From: Candidatus Stygibacter australis
GTDB taxonomy: Bacteria; Cloacimonadota; Cloacimonadia; Cloacimonadales; TCS61
Direction of reading: 5' to 3'
NCBI GenBank assembly: GCA_030765845.1
Contig: JAVCDJ010000203.1
Location: forward strand, 12,942 to 76,941
Length of the DNA stretch: 64,000 nt
The notes under the pieces are model-generated. The model was not told where the DNA came from, ran no database searches, and saw only the letters and a list, made by a program, of their open reading frames with translations. The translations under genes were made by a program, and so were the position numbers. Every line of letters begins with the position of its first letter. Position 1 is the stretch's first letter. This document shows, in pieces, positions 63,452-64,000 of this stretch.

Positions 63452-64000
63452 ATGTTAGTAAATTATTTACGTATCGCATTCAGAAATATCTGGAGGCAGA
63501 AAACATATTCTGCCATAAATATCGGTGGCTTTGCCATTGGCCTGGCTGTATGTCTGATCATTTCATTTTATGTGATTGATGATCTCACTTATGATCATTT
63601 CCACAAAGATGCCGAAAATATCTATCACCTGCTGACAGTTGATAATTCTGAGGATGAAGGAGCTCTCAGTTATTCAATTACAGCCGGACCTCTTGTTGCA
63701 GGTATGGCAGATGCTGTTCCAGAAATCATAGCTGCCACGCGAATCACCGCAATGGGAATAAATCTACCTTTGCCGGGAAATGAAAATGAGACTGATGAAG
63801 AAACTACGATCGCTGCCAGAGTTCTTTTGGCAGACAGCAGTTTTTTTGATGTTTTCAGTTTTGAAATACTTGCTTCTGACCAGAATCATCCGCTAAGTGA
63901 TCTTAGAGGTGTCTATATATCTGAATCTTTTGCTGAAATGCTGTATCCTGAAGGTGACGCTGTGGGAAAACCTCTCGTTAACCCTCAAATGGAAGATGCT
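63452..64000 (+). CDS. Double-FtsX (MacB-like) ABC permease, paralogue 8 (3' end beyond window)
   Basis: It is absent from the ORF track because no stop is reached. The ATG at 63452 lies 10 nt after the previous stop. It translates 'MLVNYLRIAFRNIWRQKTYSAINIGGFAIGLAVCLIISFYVIDDLTYDHFHKDAENIYHL...', the family N-terminal signature, and is open to nt 64000. Confidence 0.85.
   Translation, partial: MLVNYLRIAFRNIWRQKTYSAINIGGFAIGLAVCLIISFYVIDDLTYDHFHKDAENIYHLLTVDNSEDEGALSYSITAGPLVAGMADAVPEIIAATRITAMGINLPLPGNENETDEETTIAARVLLADSSFFDVFSFEILASDQNHPLSDLRGVYISESFAEMLYPEGDAVGKPLVNPQMEDA

Overview
AT-rich 64-kb bacterial chromosomal window. I saw no rRNA, tRNA, CRISPR array, transposase or integrase. Two C25 peptidase homologues carry T9SS-type C-terminal sorting domains, which suggests an FCB-group or Cloacimonadota-like organism (inference only). 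Layout: (i) 1-7.4 kb holds a secreted C25 peptidase (5' end cut by the window), a SagB-type nitroreductase and a PNGase-F-like protein. (ii) 7.4-18.8 kb holds a translationally coupled six-gene minus-strand cluster: PAP2 phosphatase, a 1309-aa NACHT NTPase with an N-terminal HEPN-like RNEWFH motif, a Zn-phospholipase-C-like protein, a ~1270-aa 7TM/AAA_16/TPR NTPase, a GHMP kinase and an APH-type kinase. (iii) 19.8-21.4 kb holds three tandem sigma-54-driven cassettes. Each encodes two overlapping 21-23 aa basic 'WNER' micro-proteins that fall below the ORF-track cutoff. (iv) 21.5-27 kb holds ordinary genes (LolC/E-like permease, C_GCAxxG_C_C protein, MBL hydrolase, family-4 UDG). (v) 27.3-39.5 kb holds a ten-gene glycosyltransferase/exopolysaccharide operon headed by a REC-PAS-PP2C-HATPase regulator. 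(vi) 42.2 kb to the window end holds one tight operon: a HlyD adaptor, two ABC ATPases, eight tandem ~800-aa double-FtsX (MacB-like) permease paralogues, and an embedded C25-like gene. That gene has a single in-frame TGA aligned with the catalytic Cys of its paralogue. Main lead: the same regulatory module precedes all three micro-protein cassettes and the exporter operon. The module is two 16-bp palindromic sites 22 bp apart, an IHF-like site, and TGGYACG-N4-TTGCA. This suggests one sigma-54 regulon linking unannotated cationic peptides to a very large MacB-type exporter. Also noted: a three-copy REP-like hairpin family with a compensatory stem change, a GC-rich 146-nt hairpin with a 30-bp stem, and a nested-palindrome MITE-like element. 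All calls come from reading the sequence and translations by eye; no database search was run.
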